Assembly: GCA_020632535.1 (NCBI GenBank)
Contig: JACKFJ010000003.1
Span: forward strand, 166,166-230,165
From: Candidatus Omnitrophota bacterium
GTDB lineage: Bacteria > Omnitrophota > Gorgyraeia > Zapsychrales > JANLHA01
Length of the DNA stretch: 64,000 bases
Reading direction: 5' to 3'
Below, in pieces: positions 53,123 to 62,181 of the stretch. The notes beneath the pieces were generated by a model that saw only the letters and a program-made list of their open reading frames with translations, had not been told where the DNA came from and made no database searches. Numbering within the stretch: position 1 is the first letter of the stretch; each line of letters begins with the position of its first letter. The position numbers and the translations under genes were made by a program.

Positions 53123-54439
53123 ATGCTAACCATGGAACAAAATATATCGCCGTTTATCGATACGGTTCAAAAGTATTCCGCAGAATTAAATAAAAACAAC
53201 AGTCCTGACTGGTTTAAGAAGGTGCGCGAAAATGGCCTATCCCGCTTTACCACACTCGGGATTCCAACGCCAAAACACGAAGATTGGAAATACACCAATC
53301 TTGCCGTCTTATCCAATACTCCCTTTAAGCCAGCTGCACGTGTGGCATTAAGTTTTCAAGACCAAATTCAAAGAATTTGCGCGAAAGACGAAATCACAAT
53401 TGTTTTCGTCAACGGCATTCTCAATGAGCAATTGTCATCCTTAGACAATTTACCCAAAGGACTCGTTTTACTTCCTTTAAATAAAGCCATCACCGAACAC
53501 GAAACGCAAATCAAAGAACTGCTTTCAAAATATAAGCCAACTGAAGATACGCCTTTCGTGGCTTTTAATCATGCTTTAGCTGAACATGGCATTTATATCC
53601 AAATCACGGATAAAACTGTCATTGAAAAATTAATTCACATTGTTCACGTGACACAAAGCACAGAAGCAAGTCTAACGACAGCAAGCAATTTTATAATTCT
53701 TGGAAAATCCAGCGAAGCGACAGTTCTTGAAACCCATGTTTGTTTTGATCAAAGTGTTTATTTGTCGACGCCTTTAACGGATATTGTTTTGGCTGAAAAT
53801 GCGGTTTTACATTATTGCAAAGCGCAAAGCGAAAGCTTAAAATCTTTTCACGTTGGCAATACACGAGTATGGCAGGAGAGAGATTCACATTTTGACGGTT
53901 TTGCATTAATGAATGGCGGCGAAATCACGCGCAATGATCTTGACATTATTTCTAACGGTGAAGGGACATCTAGCACATTAAACGGATTTTACGGTACCAA
54001 TGGCAAACAACACGTTGACAATCACTCCAGCATGGACCACCGTTTGCCAAATTGCACGAGCAATCAACTTTACAAAGGTATTCTCAACGGAGAATCCCAT
54101 TCTGTTTTTAATGGAAAAATTTTTGTGCGTAAAATCGCGCAAAAAACAAATTCATATCAACTCAATAAGAATTTAATCCTCGGTGTTAACTGCCGTGTTG
54201 ATACCAAGCCACAGTTAGAAATTTTTGCTGACGATGTCAAGTGCACACACGGAGCCACCATTGGACAGCTCAACGAAGACGAAATCTTTTATCTGCAAAC
54301 ACGCTGCATTTCAAAAAAAGACGCAGTCAAACTATTAGCGCATGGATTTGTAGAAGACATACTAAATAAAATTCAAAATCCCGCGATTATTAAAAAACTG
54401 ACGATCTTACTTGAGCCGACCTTTGCAGCCTTGGAGTAA
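53123..54439 (+). CDS. sufD: Fe-S cluster assembly protein SufD
   Basis: 438 aa, starting directly after the sufC stop. The C-terminal beta-helix blocks are QLEIFADDVKCTHGATIG and LQTRCISKKDA. Confidence 0.9.
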   Translation: MLTMEQNISPFIDTVQKYSAELNKNNSPDWFKKVRENGLSRFTTLGIPTPKHEDWKYTNLAVLSNTPFKPAARVALSFQDQIQRICAKDEITIVFVNGILNEQLSSLDNLPKGLVLLPLNKAITEHETQIKELLSKYKPTEDTPFVAFNHALAEHGIYIQITDKTVIEKLIHIVHVTQSTEASLTTASNFIILGKSSEATVLETHVCFDQSVYLSTPLTDIVLAENAVLHYCKAQSESLKSFHVGNTRVWQERDSHFDGFALMNGGEITRNDLDIISNGEGTSSTLNGFYGTNGKQHVDNHSSMDHRLPNCTSNQLYKGILNGESHSVFNGKIFVRKIAQKTNSYQLNKNLILGVNCRVDTKPQLEIFADDVKCTHGATIGQLNEDEIFYLQTRCISKKDAVKLLAHGFVEDILNKIQNPAIIKKLTILLEPTFAALE

Positions 54440-54444
54440 TCCCC

Positions 54445-55680
54445 ATGGCAAAGTCTTTTAATATCAATCAAATCCGCAAGGATTTTCCTAACCTTTCGCT
54501 CAAGGTTCATGGAAAACCATTGGTTTACCTTGATAATGCCGCCACAACGATGAAACCGCAAAGTGTCATCGACCGCATAACCCAGCATTATTCAAGTGAA
54601 ACGTCCAATGTCCATCGGGGCGTGCATTATTTGAGCGAAAAAGCAACCGCGGAATTCGAAAAAGTCCGTGAAAAAGTCGCAAAATTTATTAATGCGAAAA
54701 AATCATCTGAAATTATTTTTACAAAAGGAACGACCGATTCGATTAATCTTGTCGTCACAAGTTTCGGCCGCGCCTTTTTGCAACACGGTGATGAAATTAT
54801 TATCAGCGAAATGGAACATCATTCCAATATCGTACCGTGGCAAATTTTATGCGAAGAAAAAGGCGTCATTCTCAAAATTATTCCGATTGATAATACCGGA
54901 GCATATTCGGTCAGCGATTTTGAAAAACTCTTAACTCCCAAAACAAAATTCATTTCTCTGGTTTATATTTCGAATTCTCTTGGCACAATTAATCCCATTC
55001 CCGCGATTATAAAGATTGCCCATAGCAAGAATATTCCGGTATTAATTGATGGCGCGCAAACTGTCAATCATATGCCGATTAGCGTGCAAGAATTAAACTG
55101 TGACTTCTTAGCTTTCTCTGGACATAAACTTTTTGGTCCAACGGGCGTCGGTGTTCTCTACGGAAAATCTGAGCTCTTAAATAAAATGCCGCCATACCAA
55201 GGCGGAGGAGACATGATCGCGTCCGTGACATTTGAAAAAACGACATACAATGTCTTACCGTACAAATTTGAGGCCGGAACACCGAACATCGCCGGCGTAA
55301 TTGGATTAGGGGCAGCCATTGACTATCTAAATGAAATTGGTTTTGACAATATCATGCCTTATGAAAAAGATCTTCTAGATTACGGAACCAAAGCCTTGCA
55401 AAAAATTCCGAATTTGCGCTTGATCGGTACCGCTAAAGATAAAGCTGCTATTTTGGCGTTTGTCCTTCCCAATATTCATGCTCATGATTTAGGGACATTG
55501 GTTGATGAAGAAGGGATCGCCATTCGTACTGGTCATCATTGCACACAGCCTGTCATGAAACACTTTGGGATACCGGCCACATCGCGCGCTTCACTTGCAT
55601 TTTATAATAATGAAAACGACATTGACCGCTTGGTTGACGCCATTGGCAAAGCCAATACAATATTCTCAAAAAATCTATGA
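54445..55680 (+). CDS. sufS: Cysteine desulfurase SufS (group II)
   Basis: YLDNAATT, the PLP-lysine context FSGHKLFGPTG, and the active-site loop RTGHHC. Confidence 0.95.
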   Translation: MAKSFNINQIRKDFPNLSLKVHGKPLVYLDNAATTMKPQSVIDRITQHYSSETSNVHRGVHYLSEKATAEFEKVREKVAKFINAKKSSEIIFTKGTTDSINLVVTSFGRAFLQHGDEIIISEMEHHSNIVPWQILCEEKGVILKIIPIDNTGAYSVSDFEKLLTPKTKFISLVYISNSLGTINPIPAIIKIAHSKNIPVLIDGAQTVNHMPISVQELNCDFLAFSGHKLFGPTGVGVLYGKSELLNKMPPYQGGGDMIASVTFEKTTYNVLPYKFEAGTPNIAGVIGLGAAIDYLNEIGFDNIMPYEKDLLDYGTKALQKIPNLRLIGTAKDKAAILAFVLPNIHAHDLGTLVDEEGIAIRTGHHCTQPVMKHFGIPATSRASLAFYNNENDIDRLVDAIGKANTIFSKNL

Positions 55681-56135
55681 GCGAAAACAGCCGCGCTGAA
55701 CTCTATCAGCAAGTTATTTTAGAGCACAATCACAAGCCTAAGAATTTTGGTGAGCTCGCCGACGCGACCCATGATGCCGAAGGGTATAATCCTTTATGCG
55801 GCGATCATTTGCATATTTACCTGCACATTAATCATCAAGACATCATCGACAACATTTCATTTAAAGGCGACGGCTGTGCTATCTCTCGCGCATCCGCGTC
55901 AATGATGACGGTCGCGCTCAAAGGCAAGCCTATAGCCGTAGCCAAAAGCCTTTTCGAAGAATTCCATCAACTTATTTTAGGACATCTCAAACCAGAAAGT
56001 GATGCGAACCACTTAGGCAAGCTCGCGATTTTCTCTGGAATCTGGCAATATCCATCTCGTGTCAAATGCGCTAGCCTTTGCTGGCATACCATGAAGGGCG
56101 CTTTGGAAAAAACAAAAACCATCACGACAGAATAA
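55677..56135 (+). CDS. sufU: SufU-type (IscU-like, zinc-dependent) sulfur-transfer protein
   Basis: LYQQVILEHNHKPKNFG, NPLCGD, GDGCAIS and the late Cys in KCASLCW. Confidence 0.9.
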   Translation: MSENSRAELYQQVILEHNHKPKNFGELADATHDAEGYNPLCGDHLHIYLHINHQDIIDNISFKGDGCAISRASASMMTVALKGKPIAVAKSLFEEFHQLILGHLKPESDANHLGKLAIFSGIWQYPSRVKCASLCWHTMKGALEKTKTITTE

Positions 56136-56136
56136 T

Positions 56137-57165
56137 ATGATTTTAAATTCATCATTACACGACTCATTTGACAGACCCATGCAGGACTTGCGCATTTCGG
56201 TTATTGATCGCTGTAATTTTCGCTGCACATACTGTATGCCTGAGGAAGATTACGGCAAACATTATTCCTTTTTACAAAAGAAAGAATGGCTGACTTTTGG
56301 CGAAATTGTCCGTTTAACAAAACTCTTTGTCCAATTAGGGGTACGAAAAGTCCGTTTAACAGGAGGAGAGCCACTTTTACGTCCTGAATTAAATCAATTG
56401 CTTACGCAACTCGCGCAAATTACGATTGACGATTTAGCACTAACAACCAATGGCTCTTTGCTATCCGGGCAGGCCAAAGAACTTTTTGAAGCCGCGAATC
56501 ATTTGCGTTTAACCGTCAGCTTAGACACTTTAAATGAAGAAATTTTTCATAAAATGAGCGGCCGACGAGGATCCGTCGCGAAAGTCCTCGAAGGTATTCA
56601 AAAAGCAAAAGACACCGGGTTTAAGAACATTAAAATCAACGCGGTCATTCAAAAAGGCGTCAACACGACATCCATACTCGATCTCGTTGAATATTCACGA
56701 CAAACGGGGCACATTTTGCGTTTTATTGAATATATGGACGTAGGCAACTGCAATCATTGGGAATCAACTGCAGTCGTAAAAAGCAAAGATCTCTTGGCTC
56801 AAATCGCCAGCCGATATCCTTTAATTCCCGCCGTACCAAATTATTTTGGTGAAGTTGCCCAACGATATCGTTTTCTTGACGGTAAAGGGGAGATCGGATT
56901 TATTTCTTCAGTTAGCCAACCCTTTTGTGGATCTTGCACACGTTTGCGCTTGTCGACAGATGGAAAACTTTATACATGTCTTTTTGCCTGCGATGGAACA
57001 GATTTGCGAACACCCCTTCGCGAAGGAGCGACAGATGCGCAACTTATTACAATTATTTCCAAAGTCTGGCAAAAGCGCGCTGACAAATATTCAGAAAACC
57101 GCTACCTATTTCAATCTCTTAAAACCCACCCACCTAAAATCGAAATGTACCAAATCGGCGGATAA
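56137..57165 (+). CDS. moaA: GTP 3',8-cyclase MoaA
   Basis: LRISVIDRCNFRCTYCMP radical-SAM cluster, the C-terminal CGSCTRLRLSTDGKLYTC auxiliary cluster, and a terminal GG. Confidence 0.95.
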   Translation: MILNSSLHDSFDRPMQDLRISVIDRCNFRCTYCMPEEDYGKHYSFLQKKEWLTFGEIVRLTKLFVQLGVRKVRLTGGEPLLRPELNQLLTQLAQITIDDLALTTNGSLLSGQAKELFEAANHLRLTVSLDTLNEEIFHKMSGRRGSVAKVLEGIQKAKDTGFKNIKINAVIQKGVNTTSILDLVEYSRQTGHILRFIEYMDVGNCNHWESTAVVKSKDLLAQIASRYPLIPAVPNYFGEVAQRYRFLDGKGEIGFISSVSQPFCGSCTRLRLSTDGKLYTCLFACDGTDLRTPLREGATDAQLITIISKVWQKRADKYSENRYLFQSLKTHPPKIEMYQIGG

Positions 57166-57272
57166 AATCGACAAATAAAAATTTTTTAAATTTACTCCCA
57201 CTGGACACCCTTACAAACTATAATACCAACTATTGCAGTACGATTGAGTATAACCAAATAGGGAGGGTAAAA

Positions 57273-58022
57273 ATGATTAAGAAGATTCTTGGATTTACCG
57301 CAATGTGTGTCCTTCTCGGGACCGGTATTGCGAACGCACAAGCGAAACCAGTTCAACTCGCGCTATGGGAAACGATTCAGCTTGTTCCTGCTGATGAATC
57401 CATTAAAGGTTTACGATTAGAAATTTACGGTGTTAATGATGATGTCATGGGTCTTAGCTTAGGATTTGCTCATAAATCAACGGGTAACACCAGCGGCGCG
57501 GAACTTGGTTTAGTAAGTATAACCGAAGGTGAATTCCACGGTATTCAATCTTCCTGGATTTATGCATCAAGTGGACGTTTTATTGGTCTTCAAGGCGGTC
57601 TTTTTGCCGAAGCCAAAGGTGATTTTACCGGTTGGCAAAGTGGTTTAGTTGCCAGTACTGATGGCAGCTTTAAAGGTCTTCAGAGCGGTTTAGTCGCAAT
57701 TACCAAAGGTGATTATTCCGGCTGGCAAGGCGGCTGGATCAATTGGACCGAAGGAAAATTTATCGGCGCTCAAACCGGTATTGCGAATTTCGCCAAAGCA
57801 GATTTAAGTGGTATTCAGCTTGGAGCCCTCAATAAAGTTGATGGCGTTTTAAAAGGTGGTCAATTAGGTATCGTGAACTGCACAGGCGAAACCCAAGGGT
57901 TGCAATTAGGTTTTATTAACCACAGCAAAATGCTCAATGGCGGTTTACAAATTGGTTTAGGTAATATCAATGAAAATAAAGAACCGTTTGGGTTCTTACC
58001 GTTTGTGAATTGGTCATTTTAA
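57273..58022 (+). CDS. Secreted repeat protein with about ten ~20-aa G-x-Q-x-G repeats and a C-terminal aromatic residue
   Basis: Signal peptide (ANAQA|KP). Repeats of the type (D)FxG(W/L/I)QxG(L/W)vaxTxG are present. It ends ...FLPFVNWSF. Confidence 0.6.
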   Translation: MIKKILGFTAMCVLLGTGIANAQAKPVQLALWETIQLVPADESIKGLRLEIYGVNDDVMGLSLGFAHKSTGNTSGAELGLVSITEGEFHGIQSSWIYASSGRFIGLQGGLFAEAKGDFTGWQSGLVASTDGSFKGLQSGLVAITKGDYSGWQGGWINWTEGKFIGAQTGIANFAKADLSGIQLGALNKVDGVLKGGQLGIVNCTGETQGLQLGFINHSKMLNGGLQIGLGNINENKEPFGFLPFVNWSF

Positions 58023-58044
58023 GAAGTTAATTTCTTAATAAAAA

Positions 58045-58076
58045 AGGCTCATCTTAAAAAAGATGAGCCTTTTTTT
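58045..58076. terminator. Bidirectional rho-independent terminator
   Basis: AGGCTCATCTT-AAAA-AAGATGAGCCT is a perfect 11-bp stem flanked by an A-run (5') and a T-run (3'). It sits between convergent genes. Confidence 0.9.
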
Positions 58077-58102
58077 ATGAATAGACTTGCAACACATTCA
58101 AA

Positions 58103-59068
58103 TTACCAAATCATATCTTTTTGACTCGCGTCAACACCGTCAAACTTTCCGACAAATCGCACTTCACGAATAATATCCATATCGTATGTTTTCTTAACTA
58201 ATTGTGCCATTTTTTGCGAAAGTTCATAAACATTGTGGGCCGTGCAACCCTGTCCTTTAACAATAATATTCGCGTGTTTATCAAAAATAGCCGCGCCGCC
58301 AGCGGATAAATTCTTACCACCAGCTTGTTCCAAAAACCAACCCGTCGCCTGACGACGTTCCGCTTTCGAAGTCGGCTCAATATTACGAAAAAAGCTGCCC
58401 GCACAAGGATAAACATTCAAATCAGGATGCTTTTCATGGCGAATCTTTAAAAGTTTAGCTCTCTCCTCAAGAAGAGCATCTCGATTTCCTTTTTTCACCA
58501 CAAACACAGCGGATACCACAATATCACCTGTTTCTTTCAAAACGGAATTCCGATACGTAAATCCTAATTCCTCAGCTTTAAGTTCATGCTTCTTTCCCAA
58601 AACCGAAAGCAGCGTCACTTTTTTTAGAACATCGCCAACCTGTTTGCCAAATGCGCCGGCATTGCCGACAATCGCACCACCAACCGTGCCGGGAATTCCG
58701 CTAGTATAGTTGAGACCTTCTAAAGCGTGTTCCGCGGCATACTGAGCCAAAGTATCTAAAACGGTACTACCAGAAACTGTCAATTCATGATCCGTGTGCG
58801 TAATAAGTGGACTTGTGCTGACATAACGAACCACGGCACAATTTAGGCCCTGATCCGAAATAACCAGATTTGATCCGCCACCGATAAGAATGAATTTTAT
58901 TTTATTATGAACCAAAAATACGATTGTTGATTCAAGCTGCTCTGGCGTTGAACATAAAAATAAAAACGGGCAAGCGCCGCCTAATTGAAAAGTAGTCCAC
59001 TTCCAAAGCGCGGCTTTTTCTTCAACAATGACACCAAGAGATTTTAAAATAGAAAAATCTAAACTCAT
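58103..59068 (-). CDS. murB: UDP-N-acetylenolpyruvoylglucosamine reductase
   Basis: The start was moved to ATG 59068 (ATGA overlap with the moaE stop). TTFQLGG, ILIGGGSNL, and the C-terminal AGSFFRNI...SAGGAAIFDKHANIIVK. Confidence 0.9.
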   Translation of the reverse strand: MSLDFSILKSLGVIVEEKAALWKWTTFQLGGACPFLFLCSTPEQLESTIVFLVHNKIKFILIGGGSNLVISDQGLNCAVVRYVSTSPLITHTDHELTVSGSTVLDTLAQYAAEHALEGLNYTSGIPGTVGGAIVGNAGAFGKQVGDVLKKVTLLSVLGKKHELKAEELGFTYRNSVLKETGDIVVSAVFVVKKGNRDALLEERAKLLKIRHEKHPDLNVYPCAGSFFRNIEPTSKAERRQATGWFLEQAGGKNLSAGGAAIFDKHANIIVKGQGCTAHNVYELSQKMAQLVKKTYDMDIIREVRFVGKFDGVDASQKDMIW

Positions 59069-59508
59069 GAATGAACCTTTAAATTCATAACCGAAGCATC
59101 CTGACAATTAACCCAATGAGATTGGCCGCTCGTAAGAATTTCCTTTTTCCATATCGGCAAACGTTTTTTTAGTTCATCGACGATGTATCGGCAAGCTTTA
59201 AAAGCCGCGTCACGATGAGGCGCGCTCACACCGACCCAAATACTCATATCGCCAATCAACAAATGACCAACACGATGCAGACAAATCATTTTTGTCACTT
59301 CAAACTGTTCCTTGGCTTCATTAAATATCTTGTGTGCTTCGCTTTCGCAAAGGGCAGGGAGGGCTTCATATTCCAAAGCTACAACTTTTTGCCCTTGATG
59401 ATGATTCCGCACCCAACCTTCGAAGCTGGTAAAAGCGCCGGCAGACGGATCACGCATTTGTACTAAATAAGGGGTAATGTTGAGAGGTTCGCTGGAAAGT
59501 TTAAACAT
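59065..59508 (-). CDS. moaE: Molybdopterin synthase catalytic subunit MoaE
   Basis: GAFTSFEGWVRNHHQG..V.ALEYEA, HRVGHLLIGD, VSAPHRDAAF and PIWKKE. Confidence 0.9.
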   Translation of the reverse strand: MFKLSSEPLNITPYLVQMRDPSAGAFTSFEGWVRNHHQGQKVVALEYEALPALCESEAHKIFNEAKEQFEVTKMICLHRVGHLLIGDMSIWVGVSAPHRDAAFKACRYIVDELKKRLPIWKKEILTSGQSHWVNCQDASVMNLKVHS

Positions 59509-59528
59509 AATTTTAATTAATCACTGCA

Positions 59529-59663
59529 ATGTGGAAGTAACAGTAATTTTTCAGGACGTTGCGAAACTCGCGCGCATGGAGTCAGCGCGAGTTGAGCATC
59601 GAGCGAAATTTTGCTCGCAGAGCAAAATGAGCGATCTCTGAAAAATTACTGTTACTTCCACAT
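59529..59663. repeat. 135-bp element with perfect 26-bp terminal inverted repeats and an internally structured GC-rich 83-nt core
   Basis: ATGTGGAAGTAACAGTAATTTTTCAG (59529-59554) is the exact reverse complement of 59638-59663. The core holds two nested 9-bp stems, AACTCGCGC...GCGCGAGTT and ATTTTGCTC-GCA-GAGCAAAAT. Confidence 0.9.
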
Positions 59664-59665
59664 CA

Positions 59666-59920
59666 TCAATACGTGACTTTAACAATGCCGCTTTTAATTA
59701 TACATTGACAACTCAGGCGATGCTTTTGATCCATACCTAGATCTTTTTCTTCCTGATTCAAATCGCCCAAATTCTCCGCGCCTTCGAGAATATCAATCTG
59801 ACACGTCGCGCACACACCAGAATTGCAGCTAAAAGGAATTCCCGTCTTTTCACAAATTTCAGCGATCGGTGTTCCATCCGCAACTTCATATTCAATATTA
59901 TCAATAAAAAGTTTTGCCAT
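59666..59920 (-). CDS. Small [2Fe-2S] ferredoxin
   Basis: 84 aa with CNSGVCATC...CQC ligand spacing. It starts 6 nt downstream of ispH. Confidence 0.75.
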   Translation of the reverse strand: MAKLFIDNIEYEVADGTPIAEICEKTGIPFSCNSGVCATCQIDILEGAENLGDLNQEEKDLGMDQKHRLSCQCIIKSGIVKVTY

Positions 59921-59926
59921 AAGACT

Positions 59927-60847
59927 TTAAATTGCGGGAATAGGGAAGACGATGTTTTTTTCCGGATTATCGAAAGAATGAACAACCGCGCCCGGATGAC
60001 TACCTTTAATCGCATCAACTAATTCATCAACAATCCACCGAGGGACTGAAGCACCTGAACTGATACCGATTCTCTTCTTATCATTAAGAAGCTTAATATC
60101 AAATTCTTCCGCACGATCAATAATATAACTTTCAACACCCTCATTCGCGCCGGTTTCACGCAAGCGATTACTATTCGAACTATTTGGCGAACCACAAATA
60201 ATTATAATGTCACAAAATTTCGCGAGATCTTTAACGGCATCCTGACGATTTTGCGTGGCATAACAAATGTCCGCGCGCAACGGAGCAATAAGACGAGGAA
60301 ATTTTACTTTTAACTTATTAATAATCCCTGCGGTTTCATCAACGGAAAGAGTAGTCTGCGTCAAGTACGCAACTTCTTTGTCAGGAGAAATATCGAGGCT
60401 ATCAACATCTTTTTCTGTTTCAATAATGTGCAACAAATCTTGATCCACGTATCCTGCGGTCCCTGTCAATTCCTGATGACCTTTGTGGCCAATGAGAATA
60501 ATTTCATGCTTTTTCTCCGAAAACTTAATCGCTTCCTTATGAACTTTGGTTACCAAAGGACATGTCGCGTCAACAAATTTCAACCCACGCTTTTTCGCAT
60601 CTTCAATGACCAATGGCGGAATCCCATGCGCGCTAAAAATGATACGCGCTCCGGAAGGAACTTCGTCAATGGATTCAACAAAAACAACGCCGCGCTTCTT
60701 AAAATCCGCAACCACATATGTGTTATGTACAATTTCGTGATAAACGTAAAGGGGAGCCCCGTATTTTTCAAGAGACTGATCAACAATCTCAACCGCACTG
60801 GCAACACCAGCGCAAAACCCCTGTGTTCTCGCTAAAAATATTTCCAC
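59927..60847 (-). CDS. ispH: 4-hydroxy-3-methylbut-2-enyl diphosphate reductase
   Basis: GFCAGV, HEIVHN, DATCPLVTKVH, HKGHQE and SSNSNRL. Confidence 0.92.
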   Translation of the reverse strand: MEIFLARTQGFCAGVASAVEIVDQSLEKYGAPLYVYHEIVHNTYVVADFKKRGVVFVESIDEVPSGARIIFSAHGIPPLVIEDAKKRGLKFVDATCPLVTKVHKEAIKFSEKKHEIILIGHKGHQELTGTAGYVDQDLLHIIETEKDVDSLDISPDKEVAYLTQTTLSVDETAGIINKLKVKFPRLIAPLRADICYATQNRQDAVKDLAKFCDIIIICGSPNSSNSNRLRETGANEGVESYIIDRAEEFDIKLLNDKKRIGISSGASVPRWIVDELVDAIKGSHPGAVVHSFDNPEKNIVFPIPAI

Positions 60848-60960
60848 TTTTTTAATTCCTTATTGGTATAATACTTGCTTTGTTGACGTCGGAATTCAAA
60901 AGTCAGTATAACATTTGACCACAAAAATGAAAACGATTTTTCCGAAAGCACAAGACCCTT

Positions 60961-62181
60961 ATGGAATTGATTAAACGCCGAAAAACACCCACGGTCACCG
61001 TTGGCAATATCTCTTTAGGAAGTCCTTTTCCTGTTGTTATTCAGTCGATGACAGACACAGCAACCGCCGATATTCAAGCGACTTTTGCCCAAACCGTGAG
61101 CTTAATCGAGGCCGGATCCGAACTTGTCCGCTGGACAGTCAATGATGAAAAGGCTGCCCAGTCTGTCCCCGAAATCATCACAATGCTCCGTGCCAAAGGT
61201 TATCAAACGCCAATTGTTGGCGACTTTCATTTCAACGGCCACCGCTTACTTGCGAAATACCCCAAAACGGCCAAAGCACTTGATAAATATCGCATCAACC
61301 CCGGCAATGTCGGTAAAGGCACATTGCACGATGACAATTTTGCCACCATCGTCAAGATCGCAATTGAACACGACAAAGCCATCCGTATCGGTGTCAACTG
61401 GGGTTCACTTGATCAAGAACTCCTCACCGAAATGATGGACGATAATGCCAAACTCAAAGAACCACAAGATGCCAAAGAAGTCACTTATCAGGCAATGATC
61501 GCGAGTGCCTTGCGCAGCGCTCAATACGCGCGCAAATTAGGCACTAAAAAAGAAAAAATTATTTTAAGTGTCAAAATGTCAATTTTACAAGACATGGTCA
61601 ACGTCTATTCCAAATTAGCCAAAGAATGCGATTATGTTTTACACTTGGGTTTAACCGAAGCCGGCGGCGACGTTCAAGGGATTTCCGCAAGTTCAGCCGC
61701 ACTTTCAATTCTATTACAACAAGGTATCGGCGATACGATTCGTGTTTCATTGACACCCCAACCAAACGTAACGCGTGCCCGCGAAGTAGAAGTATGCAAA
61801 GCAATTTTACAAGCGATGGGCTTACGCTATTTCGCGCCCAGCGTGACAAGCTGTCCCGGATGCGGACGCACAAGCAGTAATTTCTTTCAATTTCTCGCGA
61901 AGGATATCAATGAACATATCGTGCGCCAAATGCCGCATTGGAAAAAAGAATTTCCCGGTGTAGAAAAATTAAAAATTGCTGTCATGGGATGTGTTGTTAA
62001 CGGACCGGGTGAAAGTCGTCACGCGGATATTGGAATTAGCTTACCCGGCGCATCAGAAAAACCGATCGCGCCCGTCTATATTGATGGCAAAGAAGCGGTG
62101 ACATTAAAGGGAGAAAAAATTAAAGAAGAATTTATTACAATTCTGGAAAACTACATTGAAAAACGGCTTGGCGCAAAATAA
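60961..62181 (+). CDS. ispG: 4-hydroxy-3-methylbut-2-en-1-yl diphosphate synthase
   Basis: IQSMTDT, RINPGNVG, TSCPGCGRT and GCVVNGPGE. 406 aa with an inserted middle domain. Confidence 0.92.
   Translation: MELIKRRKTPTVTVGNISLGSPFPVVIQSMTDTATADIQATFAQTVSLIEAGSELVRWTVNDEKAAQSVPEIITMLRAKGYQTPIVGDFHFNGHRLLAKYPKTAKALDKYRINPGNVGKGTLHDDNFATIVKIAIEHDKAIRIGVNWGSLDQELLTEMMDDNAKLKEPQDAKEVTYQAMIASALRSAQYARKLGTKKEKIILSVKMSILQDMVNVYSKLAKECDYVLHLGLTEAGGDVQGISASSAALSILLQQGIGDTIRVSLTPQPNVTRAREVEVCKAILQAMGLRYFAPSVTSCPGCGRTSSNFFQFLAKDINEHIVRQMPHWKKEFPGVEKLKIAVMGCVVNGPGESRHADIGISLPGASEKPIAPVYIDGKEAVTLKGEKIKEEFITILENYIEKRLGAK

Noticed and set aside
59509-59665. Possible Moco riboswitch. A structured element of about 135 nt lies immediately upstream of moaE on the minus strand.
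   Set aside because: The position and size are suggestive. However, I cannot find the conserved Moco-motif sequence blocks as I remember them (CCGAG / GCCUCC / AAAGG-type). A 26-bp perfect closing stem is also atypical for a riboswitch. A covariance-model scan with the Moco RNA model would settle it.
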